Shown piece by piece: positions 17,722-26,821 of a stretch of 64,000 bases of DNA. The notes below the pieces were generated by a model, which was given only the letters and a program-made list of their open reading frames with translations, was not told the DNA's origin and did no database searches. The position numbers were made by a program, and so were the translations under genes. This DNA comes from Chitinophagaceae bacterium (lineage in GTDB: Bacteria; Bacteroidota; Bacteroidia; Chitinophagales; UBA10324). Location of the stretch: NCBI GenBank assembly GCA_016717285.1, contig JADKFU010000004.1, forward strand, positions 267,490 through 331,489, written 5' to 3'. Within the stretch, counting starts at the first letter, position 1. Each line of letters starts with the position of its first letter.

Positions 17722-19113
17722 TCAGGTTATGTGGTTTATTGATTTAATGTCTTTGATCACTTTATTTGCAAGCGCATCGGCTTCCTTCAGTTGTTTTGCT
17801 TCAGCGTAAATCCTGATGATGGGTTCAGTATTTGAACGGCGCAAATGCACCCAGCTTTTGTTATCAAATTCTATTTTAAGACCATCATCAGTATTCAATT
17901 GTTCCTGCGCATATTTTTTTTGCAACGCATCAAAAACCAGGTCGATGTTAACTTCCTTTGTTAGTTGGATTTTATTCTTGGAAATTACATAATTGGGATA
18001 GGAAGCTCTGAGTGCAGAACATTTTTTACCTGAAGCAGCGAGGTGTGAAAGAAACAAAGCGATACCTACCAATGCATCTCGTCCATAATGTAATGCCGGG
18101 TAAATAACGCCACCATTTCCTTCTCCTCCGATTACGGCCTGCACCTCTTTCATTTTCTTCACCACATTTACTTCACCTACTGAAGCCGCGGAATATTTTC
18201 CGCCAGCCATTTCGGTTACATCGCGCAATGCTCGTGTGGAAGAAAGGTTGGAAACAGTATTTCCTGTTTTGCTATTCAATACATAATCAGCAACAGCGAC
18301 CAAAGTATATTCTTCACCAAACATGCTACCGTCTTCACAAACCAGGGCCAAACGATCCACATCAGGATCTACGGCAATTCCAAGATCGGCTTTGCTGCTC
18401 TTTACCTTGGAGGCCAGTGCTTTCAGATTTTCAGGCAATGGTTCCGGGTTATGGGCAAACCTGCCTGTTGGTTCGCAATTGAGCAGTACCACTTCCTTTA
18501 CGCCAAGTGCCTTTAACAATTTTGGAATGGCAATACCGCCGCTGCTGTTGACAGCATCCACCACAATTTTATATTTTTTTGAGCGGATGGTTTTTACATT
18601 CACCTGCTTGAGCGCAAGAATCTTTTTTATGTGCTTGTCAATGTAACTATCATCGTTTTTATAACTGCCCAGCTTGTCAACCGTTGCAAATTGATAATTC
18701 GAATTCGCTGCTAACAAAAGCAATTCTTTTCCATCCGCATCAGAAATAAACTCTCCTTTACTATTCAGCAGCTTCAATGCATTCCATTCAACAGGATTGT
18801 GACTGGCCGTGATGATAATGCCGCCGGCTGCCTTTTCCTCCACCACCGCTATTTCAACAGTTGGAGTGGTTGACAATCCAAGGTCAATCACATTTATGCC
18901 CATCGCTTTTAAAGTGGAAGTAACAAAAGCGGATACCATTTCACCTGAAGTACGCGCATCACGACCGATCACCACTTTATTACTTTTTGATCCTTTTTGC
19001 AGCCAGGCACCAAATGCCGCAGTAAACTTCACAATGTCTTCAGGCGTAAGATTATCACCTGCATTACCGCCAATGGTGCCCCTGATACCTGAAATGGATT
19101 TAATGAGTGTCAA
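17722..19113 (-). CDS. glmM: Phosphoglucosamine mutase / phosphohexomutase
   Basis: TTG start. MTLIKSISGIRGTIGG, active site ITASHNPVEWNALK, metal loop AVDPDVDR. Confidence 0.85.
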   Translation of the reverse strand: MTLIKSISGIRGTIGGNAGDNLTPEDIVKFTAAFGAWLQKGSKSNKVVIGRDARTSGEMVSAFVTSTLKAMGINVIDLGLSTTPTVEIAVVEEKAAGGIIITASHNPVEWNALKLLNSKGEFISDADGKELLLLAANSNYQFATVDKLGSYKNDDSYIDKHIKKILALKQVNVKTIRSKKYKIVVDAVNSSGGIAIPKLLKALGVKEVVLLNCEPTGRFAHNPEPLPENLKALASKVKSSKADLGIAVDPDVDRLALVCEDGSMFGEEYTLVAVADYVLNSKTGNTVSNLSSTRALRDVTEMAGGKYSAASVGEVNVVKKMKEVQAVIGGEGNGGVIYPALHYGRDALVGIALFLSHLAASGKKCSALRASYPNYVISKNKIQLTKEVNIDLVFDALQKKYAQEQLNTDDGLKIEFDNKSWVHLRRSNTEPIIRIYAEAKQLKEADALANKVIKDIKSINHIT

Positions 19114-19148
19114 AGCTTGCGACTTGCGAAAGTATTAAAGGAAAGGCG

Positions 19149-19156
19149 CAAAAATA
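19149..19156 (-). promoter_or_regulatory. Candidate -7 box TATTTTTG for glmM
   Basis: Exact TAnnTTTG on the minus strand, 35 nt upstream of the TTG start at 19113. Confidence 0.35.
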
Positions 19157-19353
19157 ACCAAAATCTCAAGGAGTTTTTACGCAGATAGCAGTCAGCTTTT
19201 TACACTTTCGATCCGGTGAACGGCTTGGCGTCGACTTCAAAACGGCAAGGTTGCTTTGTCACATTCGGGTTTTCATTCGGGCAATTATTCTCGCATTTCC
19301 ATGAAGCAATAAAGTCATTTCAATTACCTTTACTCCATCAGTAAAAAAACACT

Positions 19354-20088
19354 ATGAAGCAAAAAGAGTGGTTTGAAACCTGGTTCGACTCTCCCTATTA
19401 TCACATTCTTTACCAACACAGGGACGAGCAGGAGGCAGAACAATTTATAGACAATCTGCTTATTCATTTACAACTTTCCGCAAAAACATTCGCGCTTGAT
19501 GTTGCTTGTGGAAAGGGAAGGCATGCAGTATATCTTGCTGCCAAAGGTCTTGAAGTTACCGGCATTGATCTCTCCTGGAAAAACATTGGTCACGCACTCC
19601 ATTTCGAAAGCCAGAACCTTTCGTTTTTTCTGCATGACATGCGCACCGTTTTTTATATCAATTATTTTGATGTTGTTTTTAACCTCTTCACCAGTTTCGG
19701 TTATTTTGAAACAGAGCAGGAAAACATGAAAGCAATTCATTCCATGAGCCTTGCAATGAAGAAAGGGGGCAAGCTCGTGATTGATTTTTTTAATGCTGCT
19801 AAAATATCAAACGAGCTGATTCCTCATGAATACGTTACCCGTGACGGAATTATGTTTTTGGTTGAAAAAAAGTTCGTGGAAAACGCAGTGCTGAAGCGCA
19901 TCTATTTTCAGGACATGGGCAGGGATTTCGAATTTGTAGAAAAGGTGCAATCACTTCGGCTGGCTGATTTTGAAAGGCTTTTTGAAAAAAATCAATTGAA
20001 GATCACTGCCGTATTCGGCGATTATCATTTGAATCCATTTGATGAGCCCAATTCAAACAGGATGATCATCATTGGCGAGAAGGTCTGA
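19354..20088 (+). CDS. Class I SAM-dependent methyltransferase
   Basis: Motif I ALDVACGKGRHAVYLA and motif post-I VTGIDLS. Confidence 0.8.
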   Translation: MKQKEWFETWFDSPYYHILYQHRDEQEAEQFIDNLLIHLQLSAKTFALDVACGKGRHAVYLAAKGLEVTGIDLSWKNIGHALHFESQNLSFFLHDMRTVFYINYFDVVFNLFTSFGYFETEQENMKAIHSMSLAMKKGGKLVIDFFNAAKISNELIPHEYVTRDGIMFLVEKKFVENAVLKRIYFQDMGRDFEFVEKVQSLRLADFERLFEKNQLKITAVFGDYHLNPFDEPNSNRMIIIGEKV

Positions 20089-20115
20089 TACGCAACACCG
20101 GTTAAAAATTAACTA

Positions 20116-20694
20116 TTGGATTCACTCCTTCACCTTGATCAGCAATTTTTCTTCTTTATTAACGGACAATTAAGAAATCCGTTATTTGATTATATCATGC
20201 CGTATGTGCGTGATAAAAACTTCTGGATTCCTCTATATATTTTACTGGTTATTTATTTTGTTTGGAGGTTCAGAAAGTTGTCGTGGATTCCCATGGTAAT
20301 GGCCGCAATCACTATTCTTATTACCGATCAGTTAAGCAGCACTGTCATCAAACCCTGGATTCAAAGGTTGCGTCCTTGCAATGATCCATTGATATCATCG
20401 CAGGTTCACCTGCTGGTGAATTGCGGCAGCGGCTTTAGTTTTGTTTCATCACATGCAGCCAATCATTTTGGCATTGCCTGCTTTTTAATCGTTCTGTTGA
20501 GTCACCGGTTTAAATGGATTGCGCCTGTTGCCATTTTTTGGGCGGCACTAGTTTCCTTTGCTCAAATCTATGTCGGCCTTCATTATCCGGTCGATATTAT
20601 ATGTGGTGCTGCGCTGGGAATAGTGACCGGAACCATAACCGGAAGAATTTGTAAAACCATTTTAAAAAAAAATAATCCGCAGCCACTTGCATAA
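20116..20694 (+). CDS. PAP2 family phosphatase (membrane)
   Basis: TTG start. PAP2 motifs KPWIQRLRP, SFVSSHAAN, YVGLHYPVDI. Confidence 0.8.
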   Translation: MDSLLHLDQQFFFFINGQLRNPLFDYIMPYVRDKNFWIPLYILLVIYFVWRFRKLSWIPMVMAAITILITDQLSSTVIKPWIQRLRPCNDPLISSQVHLLVNCGSGFSFVSSHAANHFGIACFLIVLLSHRFKWIAPVAIFWAALVSFAQIYVGLHYPVDIICGAALGIVTGTITGRICKTILKKNNPQPLA

Positions 20695-21399
20695 ATGAAC
20701 GCCCTCGATTTTATCATCTTAATTGCAGCACCGCTGATTGGAGGTTTTGCCGCACTGCTGCTCAAAACAAAAAGCAGGGAACATTATAAACTGGTGCTCA
20801 GCTTCAGCGGCGCATTCCTGTTCAGTATTACACTGATTCACCTGTTTCCGGTAGTGTTTGCGAACAACGAGCATGCAGGCGTTTATGTACTTGCAGGTTT
20901 TTTTATACAGATATTTCTTGAACAGCTAACCCATGGAATTGAGCACGGTCACTTTCATGAGCATATTGAAAACAACTCTTACATTTTCGCATTGCTGCTG
21001 GGATTAACCATTCATTCATTTCTCGATGGCATCCCGCTTTCCAATCATCAAATGCTGGACGATGGGCATCATTCATTGCTTTATGGAATATCCGTGCATA
21101 AAATTCCGGAGGGTTTTGCGCTGGCATCAGTACTTCTTTTTTCAAACTATAAGAAGTGGAATGTATTGGTTTTTGTCGTGCTGTTTTCGCTGGTCGCACC
21201 GGCAGCCGTATTGCTTTCCAATCAATTCAGTGCAGTTGATGCGCCTATTTTTTCCATCATCGTTGCCATGGCTGTTGGCTCATTTCTGCATGTTTCCACC
21301 ACTATTCTTTTTGAATCAGAATCAGGACAACATTTATTCGGAAGAAAAAAAATCTTTGCCATTCTGCTCGGTGCAGGCATCGCTTTGCTCACCATATAA
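20695..21399 (+). CDS. ZIP family metal cation transporter
   Basis: Starts directly after the PAP2 stop. His-rich loop HGIEHGHFHEH and the ZIP motif HKIPEGFALASV. Confidence 0.8.
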   Translation: MNALDFIILIAAPLIGGFAALLLKTKSREHYKLVLSFSGAFLFSITLIHLFPVVFANNEHAGVYVLAGFFIQIFLEQLTHGIEHGHFHEHIENNSYIFALLLGLTIHSFLDGIPLSNHQMLDDGHHSLLYGISVHKIPEGFALASVLLFSNYKKWNVLVFVVLFSLVAPAAVLLSNQFSAVDAPIFSIIVAMAVGSFLHVSTTILFESESGQHLFGRKKIFAILLGAGIALLTI

Positions 21400-21414
21400 A
21401 ATCCAAATACTAAA

Positions 21415-22194
21415 ATGAGCTTTGAATTTATCATTGTAAATCCGCAAGTGGAGCAGCATATTGCTTTGATCACGCTGAACCGGCCGAAAGAACTGAATGC
21501 CCTCAACAGGCAATTGATGACTGAATTAATGGAAGCTTTGCAACAACTGGACACAGATGAAAATGTGCGGGCGATTATTATTACCGGCAATGAAAAGGCG
21601 TTTGCTGCCGGTGCCGACATCAAAGAAATGTCAGAAGCATCTGCAATGGAAATGTTGAAGGCAGATCAGTTCCGCACGTGGGACCAGGTAAAGAAAACCA
21701 GGAAGCCAATGATTGCTGCTGTATCCGGATTCGCTTTGGGCGGCGGCTGCGAACTGATGATGCATTGTGATCTGATTGTTGCCAGCGAAACTGCAAAAAT
21801 CGGACAGCCGGAAATTAAACTCGGCGTAATTCCAGGTGCCGGCGGCACACAACGATTAACACGCGCCGTGGGAAAAGCACTTGCCATGGAACTTGTTCTC
21901 ACCGGACGTTTAATTAATGCGGAAGAAGCACTTAAAACAGGACTGATCAACAGGGTGGTGCCTGTTGAAATATATCTTCAGGAAGCAATTAAGCTTGCCA
22001 AACAAGTGGCCGAAAATTCTCCCATTGCCACGCAACTTGCCAAAGATGCCGTGTTGCAGGCATTCAATACGACCCTGGAGGAAGGATTACTGCTTGAACG
22101 AAAAAATTTCTATCTCTGCTTTGCATCCAACGATCAGAAAGAAGGCATGCATGCTTTTATGGAAAAAAGGAAACCCGAGTTTAAAGGGAATTGA
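21415..22194 (+). CDS. Enoyl-CoA hydratase (crotonase family)
   Basis: ITLNRPKELNAL, FAAGADIKEM, GFALGGGCELMMHCD. Confidence 0.9.
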   Translation: MSFEFIIVNPQVEQHIALITLNRPKELNALNRQLMTELMEALQQLDTDENVRAIIITGNEKAFAAGADIKEMSEASAMEMLKADQFRTWDQVKKTRKPMIAAVSGFALGGGCELMMHCDLIVASETAKIGQPEIKLGVIPGAGGTQRLTRAVGKALAMELVLTGRLINAEEALKTGLINRVVPVEIYLQEAIKLAKQVAENSPIATQLAKDAVLQAFNTTLEEGLLLERKNFYLCFASNDQKEGMHAFMEKRKPEFKGN

Positions 22195-22251
22195 TTTATT
22201 GAAGAATAAATTTTTATCAATCGTGCCTTCGTTAGTAAAGAAGTCTGTCAT

Positions 22252-22315
22252 AGGTTTGGAAAAGATTCAAGATAATCAATAGAAGTCAGGCTGTTCGCAA
22301 ATCTTTTCCAAACCT
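22252..22315. repeat. Perfect 16-bp inverted repeat with 32-nt spacer between convergent genes (possible bidirectional terminator or binding site)
   Basis: AGGTTTGGAAAAGATT (22252-22267) and AATCTTTTCCAAACCT (22300-22315). Confidence 0.8.
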
Positions 22316-22332
22316 TGATCATTTGCTTCCTG

Positions 22333-23460
22333 CTATTCCACCCAATCGGCAACAAAAACATTCGTGTCGTGCGTGCCGCCATTGTTGCGGTTTGAACAGA
22401 AAACCAGTTTCTTTCCATCCGGCGAAAACATCGCGAATGCATCAAACATATTTGACCGCGTAATTTTTTCCAGACCGGTTCCATCAAGATTGATGAGATA
22501 TAAATTAAATGGAAAACCACGTTCGTATTCATAATTGGAAGCAAACAAAATCCGTTGGCCATCGGGCGTGAATACAGGCGCCCAATTTGCGCCAGGCATG
22601 TTGGTGACCTGATGCATGTTGCTTCCATCTGCATCGGCGATGTAAACTTCCATATGAGTGGGCGCTACCAAATCCTGTTTCAGTAAATCCTTGTATTCCA
22701 TGATTTCCTCCGGCGTTTTTGGTCGTGAAGCCCGCCAGACAATTTTTGTTCCATCCGGAGAAAACCATGCACCACCATCATAGCCCAATTCTTTGGTGAT
22801 ACGTTTCACGTTGCTGCCATCCAGATTCATGGTATATAAATCAAGATCGCCATCACGGGTGGAAGTAAAGATCATACGATCTCCCTTTGGAGAAATGGTA
22901 GCTTCGGCGTCATAAAATTTATTGGCGGTCAATTGTTTTTTAATGCTGCCATCCAACCGAGCCGTATAAATCTCAAAAGATTTATACAATGGCCAAACGT
23001 ACTTCTTGATTTTTTCACGATCCGGAACAGGTGGACAGGTGTCTTGTGTAAGATGCGTTGATGCATAAAGAATTAATGAATCGCCGGGAAGAAAATAACT
23101 GCAGGTGGTTCTACCTTTTCCGGTGCTCAGCAATTTGAAATCAAACTTTTTAGAACTATCGGAAGGCACTGTGCCAAAATAGATCTGATCACACATTACC
23201 TGTTGATGATCTGTGCGTTGAAAAGTGATTTTTTTACTGTCGTAGCTCCAGTAAGCCTCAGCATTGTCGCCACCGAAGGTGAGTTGTTGTACATTTTTCA
23301 AATGCTTTTCACCGGGAAATAAAAGTGCTTTGGTGGAATCAAATTTTGGAGCAGCGATTGTATCTGAAGCGTTATTTACTGATTTGCCGGAAGGATTATT
23401 ACAGGCACACATAAATACAAGTAAAGCAGAAAAGAAATAAAATGATAAGTGATTCTTCAT
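22333..23460 (-). CDS. TolB-like PD40 beta-propeller lipoprotein
   Basis: Lipobox LVFMCAC. Repeated PD40-type units (ISPKGDRMIFTS, FSPDGTKIVW, FTPDGQRILF, FSPDGKKLVF). Confidence 0.75.
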   Translation of the reverse strand: MKNHLSFYFFSALLVFMCACNNPSGKSVNNASDTIAAPKFDSTKALLFPGEKHLKNVQQLTFGGDNAEAYWSYDSKKITFQRTDHQQVMCDQIYFGTVPSDSSKKFDFKLLSTGKGRTTCSYFLPGDSLILYASTHLTQDTCPPVPDREKIKKYVWPLYKSFEIYTARLDGSIKKQLTANKFYDAEATISPKGDRMIFTSTRDGDLDLYTMNLDGSNVKRITKELGYDGGAWFSPDGTKIVWRASRPKTPEEIMEYKDLLKQDLVAPTHMEVYIADADGSNMHQVTNMPGANWAPVFTPDGQRILFASNYEYERGFPFNLYLINLDGTGLEKITRSNMFDAFAMFSPDGKKLVFCSNRNNGGTHDTNVFVADWVE

Positions 23461-23483
23461 CAGCAGGATTTATTTTAAACGCG

Positions 23484-23491
23484 CAAAGATA
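23484..23491 (-). promoter_or_regulatory. Candidate -7 box TATCTTTG for the TolB-like gene
   Basis: Exact TAnnTTTG on the minus strand, 23 nt upstream of ATG 23460. It is the proximal member of a stack of CTTTGC words. Confidence 0.4.
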
Positions 23492-23650
23492 AGTGGTGCA
23501 AAGCATACTCTTGCAATTTTGGAAATGAAGTGTGTACGGCAAAGCGGCCATCCTGGTATGTTCCCGCAAAGGCGCAAAGCCCGCGAAGGAATGAAGTAGG
23601 ATTTTTCTTTGCGCACACAGTGCTTATACGTGTGTCTTTCCTTTGCATGA
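23492..23650. repeat. Stack of GCAAAG / CTTTGC(G) words in both orientations
   Basis: Plus strand: gtgcaaag, ggcaaag, ccgcaaaggcgcaaagcccgcgaagg, then the inverted ctttgcgcac and cctttgcatg. Confidence 0.8.
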
Positions 23651-23660
23651 AATACTTTAA

Positions 23661-23747
23661 CATTGCTTAATTGTCAAATTGTTTAATTTTTGGGGGTTTC
23701 CATGAAGGTGTAGCAGCAATTAAACAGTTTAGCAATGCAACAATTTA
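23661..23747. repeat. TTAAACA/CAATT word array
   Basis: cattgcttaattgtcaaattgtttaattt ... gcagcaattaaacagtttagcaatgcaacaattta. Confidence 0.75.
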
Positions 23748-23766
23748 CGCAGAGGAGACTGAAATA

Positions 23767-24522
23767 TTAATCCCCTTTCCAAATGCCTGATTTCTTAAGG
23801 TAGCGGATAAGAAAATAAAGCAATAGCAAAAACAATAATGCTGCTATAAAGAAAGGCAGGTTTTGGCTGAAGTTATCTTTTCCTTCCTGCTGATAATAGC
23901 TTTTCATAATCAACAGCACGGCACCGGTCATCCAGATATAAGTTGAATTGTATTCTTCTATAAAAACACGCTTCCAATTAAAATCCATCTCGCGCATGGT
24001 TGTCATCAATCCATCTGTTTTCGGAAACCATCGGTTAGAATGGCTTTTGTATTCGCTGTAAGCCACACCGAATTTTTGCTGTAGAAAGTCTTCTTCTGCA
24101 ATCACGATGGACTGGTACAGAAAAATAAATAACGGCACAAAGATCAACAGGAAAAGGAGTGAGTTGGCAACAACACCCAATCCAAGCAGGATCATGATAT
24201 TCCCGATGTACAAAGGATTTCGGCAATGAGCATACAATCCCGAAGTAAATAATCCCTCTGCATAAATTCTTCGTTCTCTTCCGGCACGAATAATATAAAC
24301 GAGACCGATCGTCAAACCGCGAATGCCTTCACCGGTAACAGTGATGATCAATCCGGTGATAACTGCAGTAACATAACTGGAAAAAACCGGTGGTGATGGA
24401 ATAAAAAGCATGGCATAAAACAGCGGAAATAAAAAATTGCGGTAATGAAAAATTGTATTTCCGAACTTAACCATACCTGATGTAATTCTGTAATGAAGAA
24501 AATGCTGATTGATTCTGCTCAA
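23767..24522 (-). CDS. ICMT/PEMT-family membrane methyltransferase with extra C-terminal TM region
   Basis: HCRNPLYIGNIMILLGLGV and the following acidic stretch match the isoprenylcysteine carboxyl methyltransferase family. TTG start; alternative ATG at 24474. Confidence 0.6.
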   Translation of the reverse strand: MSRINQHFLHYRITSGMVKFGNTIFHYRNFLFPLFYAMLFIPSPPVFSSYVTAVITGLIITVTGEGIRGLTIGLVYIIRAGRERRIYAEGLFTSGLYAHCRNPLYIGNIMILLGLGVVANSLLFLLIFVPLFIFLYQSIVIAEEDFLQQKFGVAYSEYKSHSNRWFPKTDGLMTTMREMDFNWKRVFIEEYNSTYIWMTGAVLLIMKSYYQQEGKDNFSQNLPFFIAALLFLLLLYFLIRYLKKSGIWKGD

Positions 24523-24738
24523 AGTAAGTTAAAATCCATTTCAAAATGAAAAGTTGCTATTCAAAACCCTGTTAACTGCGCGATCAATTAATCAGTTATT
24601 TAATTTTTGAATTTTGAAATAACCGGAAACGTAATTTTATACGGAAAGAACTTTACAATACGATATGGAGTCAGCACTTTCTCAGATAGCCGTATTTATT
24701 AGAATCCATTTCTTTTTGGTAGTTTTCGAAATGTTGTA

Positions 24739-25410
24739 ATGAACTTGAAACCACAAAAACATATAGCTAATAAATTCCTTAAAGAGTGGAAATTACTTTT
24801 CCTCTTGTTGCTGCTTCCATATTTTGTTGCTGCACAACGGCCGATGAAGATAAAATATACCACAGGCGGCATCTTTTCTTTGGGAGCGAGAATTCCATTT
24901 GGCTTTGCAGGTAGTCCGGATGGTCTGAATATTTCACAAGGACTCGGATTAAGCAGCAGGGTTCAGTTGGCGCCACATTATAACACAGAATATTATGGCG
25001 AATTTCTAAAGGGACGATATGGCGACAGCGCGATAAAAAGCAATGCTCACATCGGCGCTTCCTTCATGTTGTGTACCCAGCGTAAACTTCAACGGGTGCA
25101 ACCATTTTTCTTTGCCGGTCCGGACGCTGATTATGAGAAGATTCATCAAACAACTGATGCAACTAATGCTGCCAGCCGTTGGAATTTTGCAGCTCATGCA
25201 GGATTAGGGATGCACCTGAATGTTACCTGGAGATCGGATATTACGATTAGTACAGCTTATATGTGGCACTTCGGTCCCAAGATTGAAACGGTAAGCTCAG
25301 GTGATCAATCAGTTTATGTAGCAAATGGAAGCGGAGTTGACGGACAGTTCATGCTTACCATCAGCATGAATTTTAAAATGCTCGATCTATGGAAAAGAAT
25401 ACAGTGGTGA
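24739..25410 (+). CDS. Hypothetical outer-membrane beta-barrel-like protein
   Basis: Signal peptide ending FVAAQ, alternating hydrophobic beta pattern, terminal aromatic residue (W). Confidence 0.55.
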   Translation: MNLKPQKHIANKFLKEWKLLFLLLLLPYFVAAQRPMKIKYTTGGIFSLGARIPFGFAGSPDGLNISQGLGLSSRVQLAPHYNTEYYGEFLKGRYGDSAIKSNAHIGASFMLCTQRKLQRVQPFFFAGPDADYEKIHQTTDATNAASRWNFAAHAGLGMHLNVTWRSDITISTAYMWHFGPKIETVSSGDQSVYVANGSGVDGQFMLTISMNFKMLDLWKRIQW

Positions 25411-25997
25411 TTTTGCTTTTGGTGTTGCTTGTTCCATCGTGCCTTTTTGCACAGCGGAACAAAAAATCATTTCTTCAAAGAGACATGTTTTCCTGCGGGG
25501 CCGGTGTGGCAGGTGGTATCTTCGTAAGTCATCCCATTCAGGATATTTACATCAATGGCAGTGTTGAATATTTTATGGAGCGAAGAATTTCAGTGAAGAT
25601 TGACGCCTTTCTGTTTATGCCTGATTATAATTTTGAAGGACAGTTACAGAAAAACAGCAGCCTATTAATGGGAGCTGCCTATCACTTTCCCTATAAGCGT
25701 TGGGACACTTACATTTCCGTTCAACCCGGCTTGGCTTTTCCCGGTCTCTCTTCCGGGAATACGGCTATTCCGGTTGAAACAGGCGTTGAACCGGTGATTG
25801 CTATGAATGGCGGACTTAGTTATTACCTCTTCAACAACCTGCATTTTTATACTTCTGTGGGTTATGTACACGGAACCTACTACCCTGAATCGCCAGAAAG
25901 CTTCCACCTTGATGAGATCAGGATTGTTGCAGGGCTCGGCTTTAATGTTTTTTTCAACCGCTATGCTCCGTATGAAAGGAGACGGATACATTTTTAA
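25389..25997 (+). CDS. Hypothetical outer-membrane beta-barrel-like protein
   Basis: Signal peptide VPSCLFAQ, Gly/aromatic-rich beta pattern. Overlaps the preceding ORF by 22 nt. Confidence 0.55.
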   Translation: MEKNTVVILLLVLLVPSCLFAQRNKKSFLQRDMFSCGAGVAGGIFVSHPIQDIYINGSVEYFMERRISVKIDAFLFMPDYNFEGQLQKNSSLLMGAAYHFPYKRWDTYISVQPGLAFPGLSSGNTAIPVETGVEPVIAMNGGLSYYLFNNLHFYTSVGYVHGTYYPESPESFHLDEIRIVAGLGFNVFFNRYAPYERRRIHF

Positions 25998-26203
25998 GCT
26001 GCAATAGAACACAGATCACCCAGATATAAAACTCATAGGGTGAGAAATGATTTATTGTCGAATAGAAATCTTTAGCCCGTCAATACATTTTCAAATTCAA
26101 CAATTACTCACACCTCAATCAAATTAAAATCCATTTAAATCTGCTGACGCTGTGTTATCCGTGTTCTAACCCGTAATTTTAACGTGCTAAAAAAACTAAA
26201 CCC

Positions 26204-26485
26204 ATGGAAGATCTTATTAAAAAAGTGACCACCGCAGCCGGGATCACTGAAGAACAGGCAAAGAAATCTATTGAAGCGGTTTCGGCTTATGTCAAAGACC
26301 GATTACCGGACAGCTTCAAAGATCAGATTGATAACCTGGTAAATGGAGGAACACTTACGGAAGGCATGAAGACTAAGATGAATGCGGTGGCCGGTGAGTT
26401 TCGGGATAAGGCTGAAGATGTAATTGCTGATGTAAAAGAGAAATTGTCCGGTATGTTTTCTTCAAAAAAGGAAGAAGAGAAATAA
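26204..26485 (+). CDS. Small acidic helical hypothetical protein
   Basis: 93 aa, no signal peptide. Followed by a strong hairpin plus T-run terminator. Confidence 0.6.
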   Translation: MEDLIKKVTTAAGITEEQAKKSIEAVSAYVKDRLPDSFKDQIDNLVNGGTLTEGMKTKMNAVAGEFRDKAEDVIADVKEKLSGMFSSKKEEEK

Positions 26486-26509
26486 TTTCCACTGTTATCT
26501 TTTCAAAAA

Positions 26510-26552
26510 AACACCCCTTTGGAATTTAAATTCTGAAGGGGTTTTGCTTTTT
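26510..26552 (+). terminator. Rho-independent terminator of the 26204-26485 gene
   Basis: ACCCCTT...AAGGGGT stem with an inner GAATTTAAATTC palindrome, followed by TTTTGCTTTTT. Confidence 0.8.
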
Positions 26553-26788
26553 ACAATCGCAGCACTCAATAATTAAGATAAAACAAGAACTAGACAGCAT
26601 TCATTTTCAATTAGCCACAATGCCTGCGAATAAAACACGACTTATGCATGTTTTATCCGGGCATTTTCTTCAGCATGTGGTGAGGAAAGTATGCGGTAGT
26701 CTCCGGCACACCTGTTGAATCGGTGATTGATTGCACAGTAGATGCATTAATATTTTGATGTAAACATCTCACCACATTCGAAAACTGT

Positions 26789-26796
26789 TACATTTG
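26789..26796 (+). promoter_or_regulatory. Candidate -7 box TACATTTG for the GH19-like gene
   Basis: Exact TAnnTTTG, 25 nt upstream of ATG 26822. Confidence 0.4.
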
Positions 26797-26821
26797 AATA
26801 CACCACTAAAACCGCAAACCC

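Noticed and set aside
23475-23663. 62-aa ORFs lying over the CTTTGCG repeat clusters (this one, and 37970-38158).
   Set aside because: Their sequences are generated by the repeat words themselves. They have no start context or motif.
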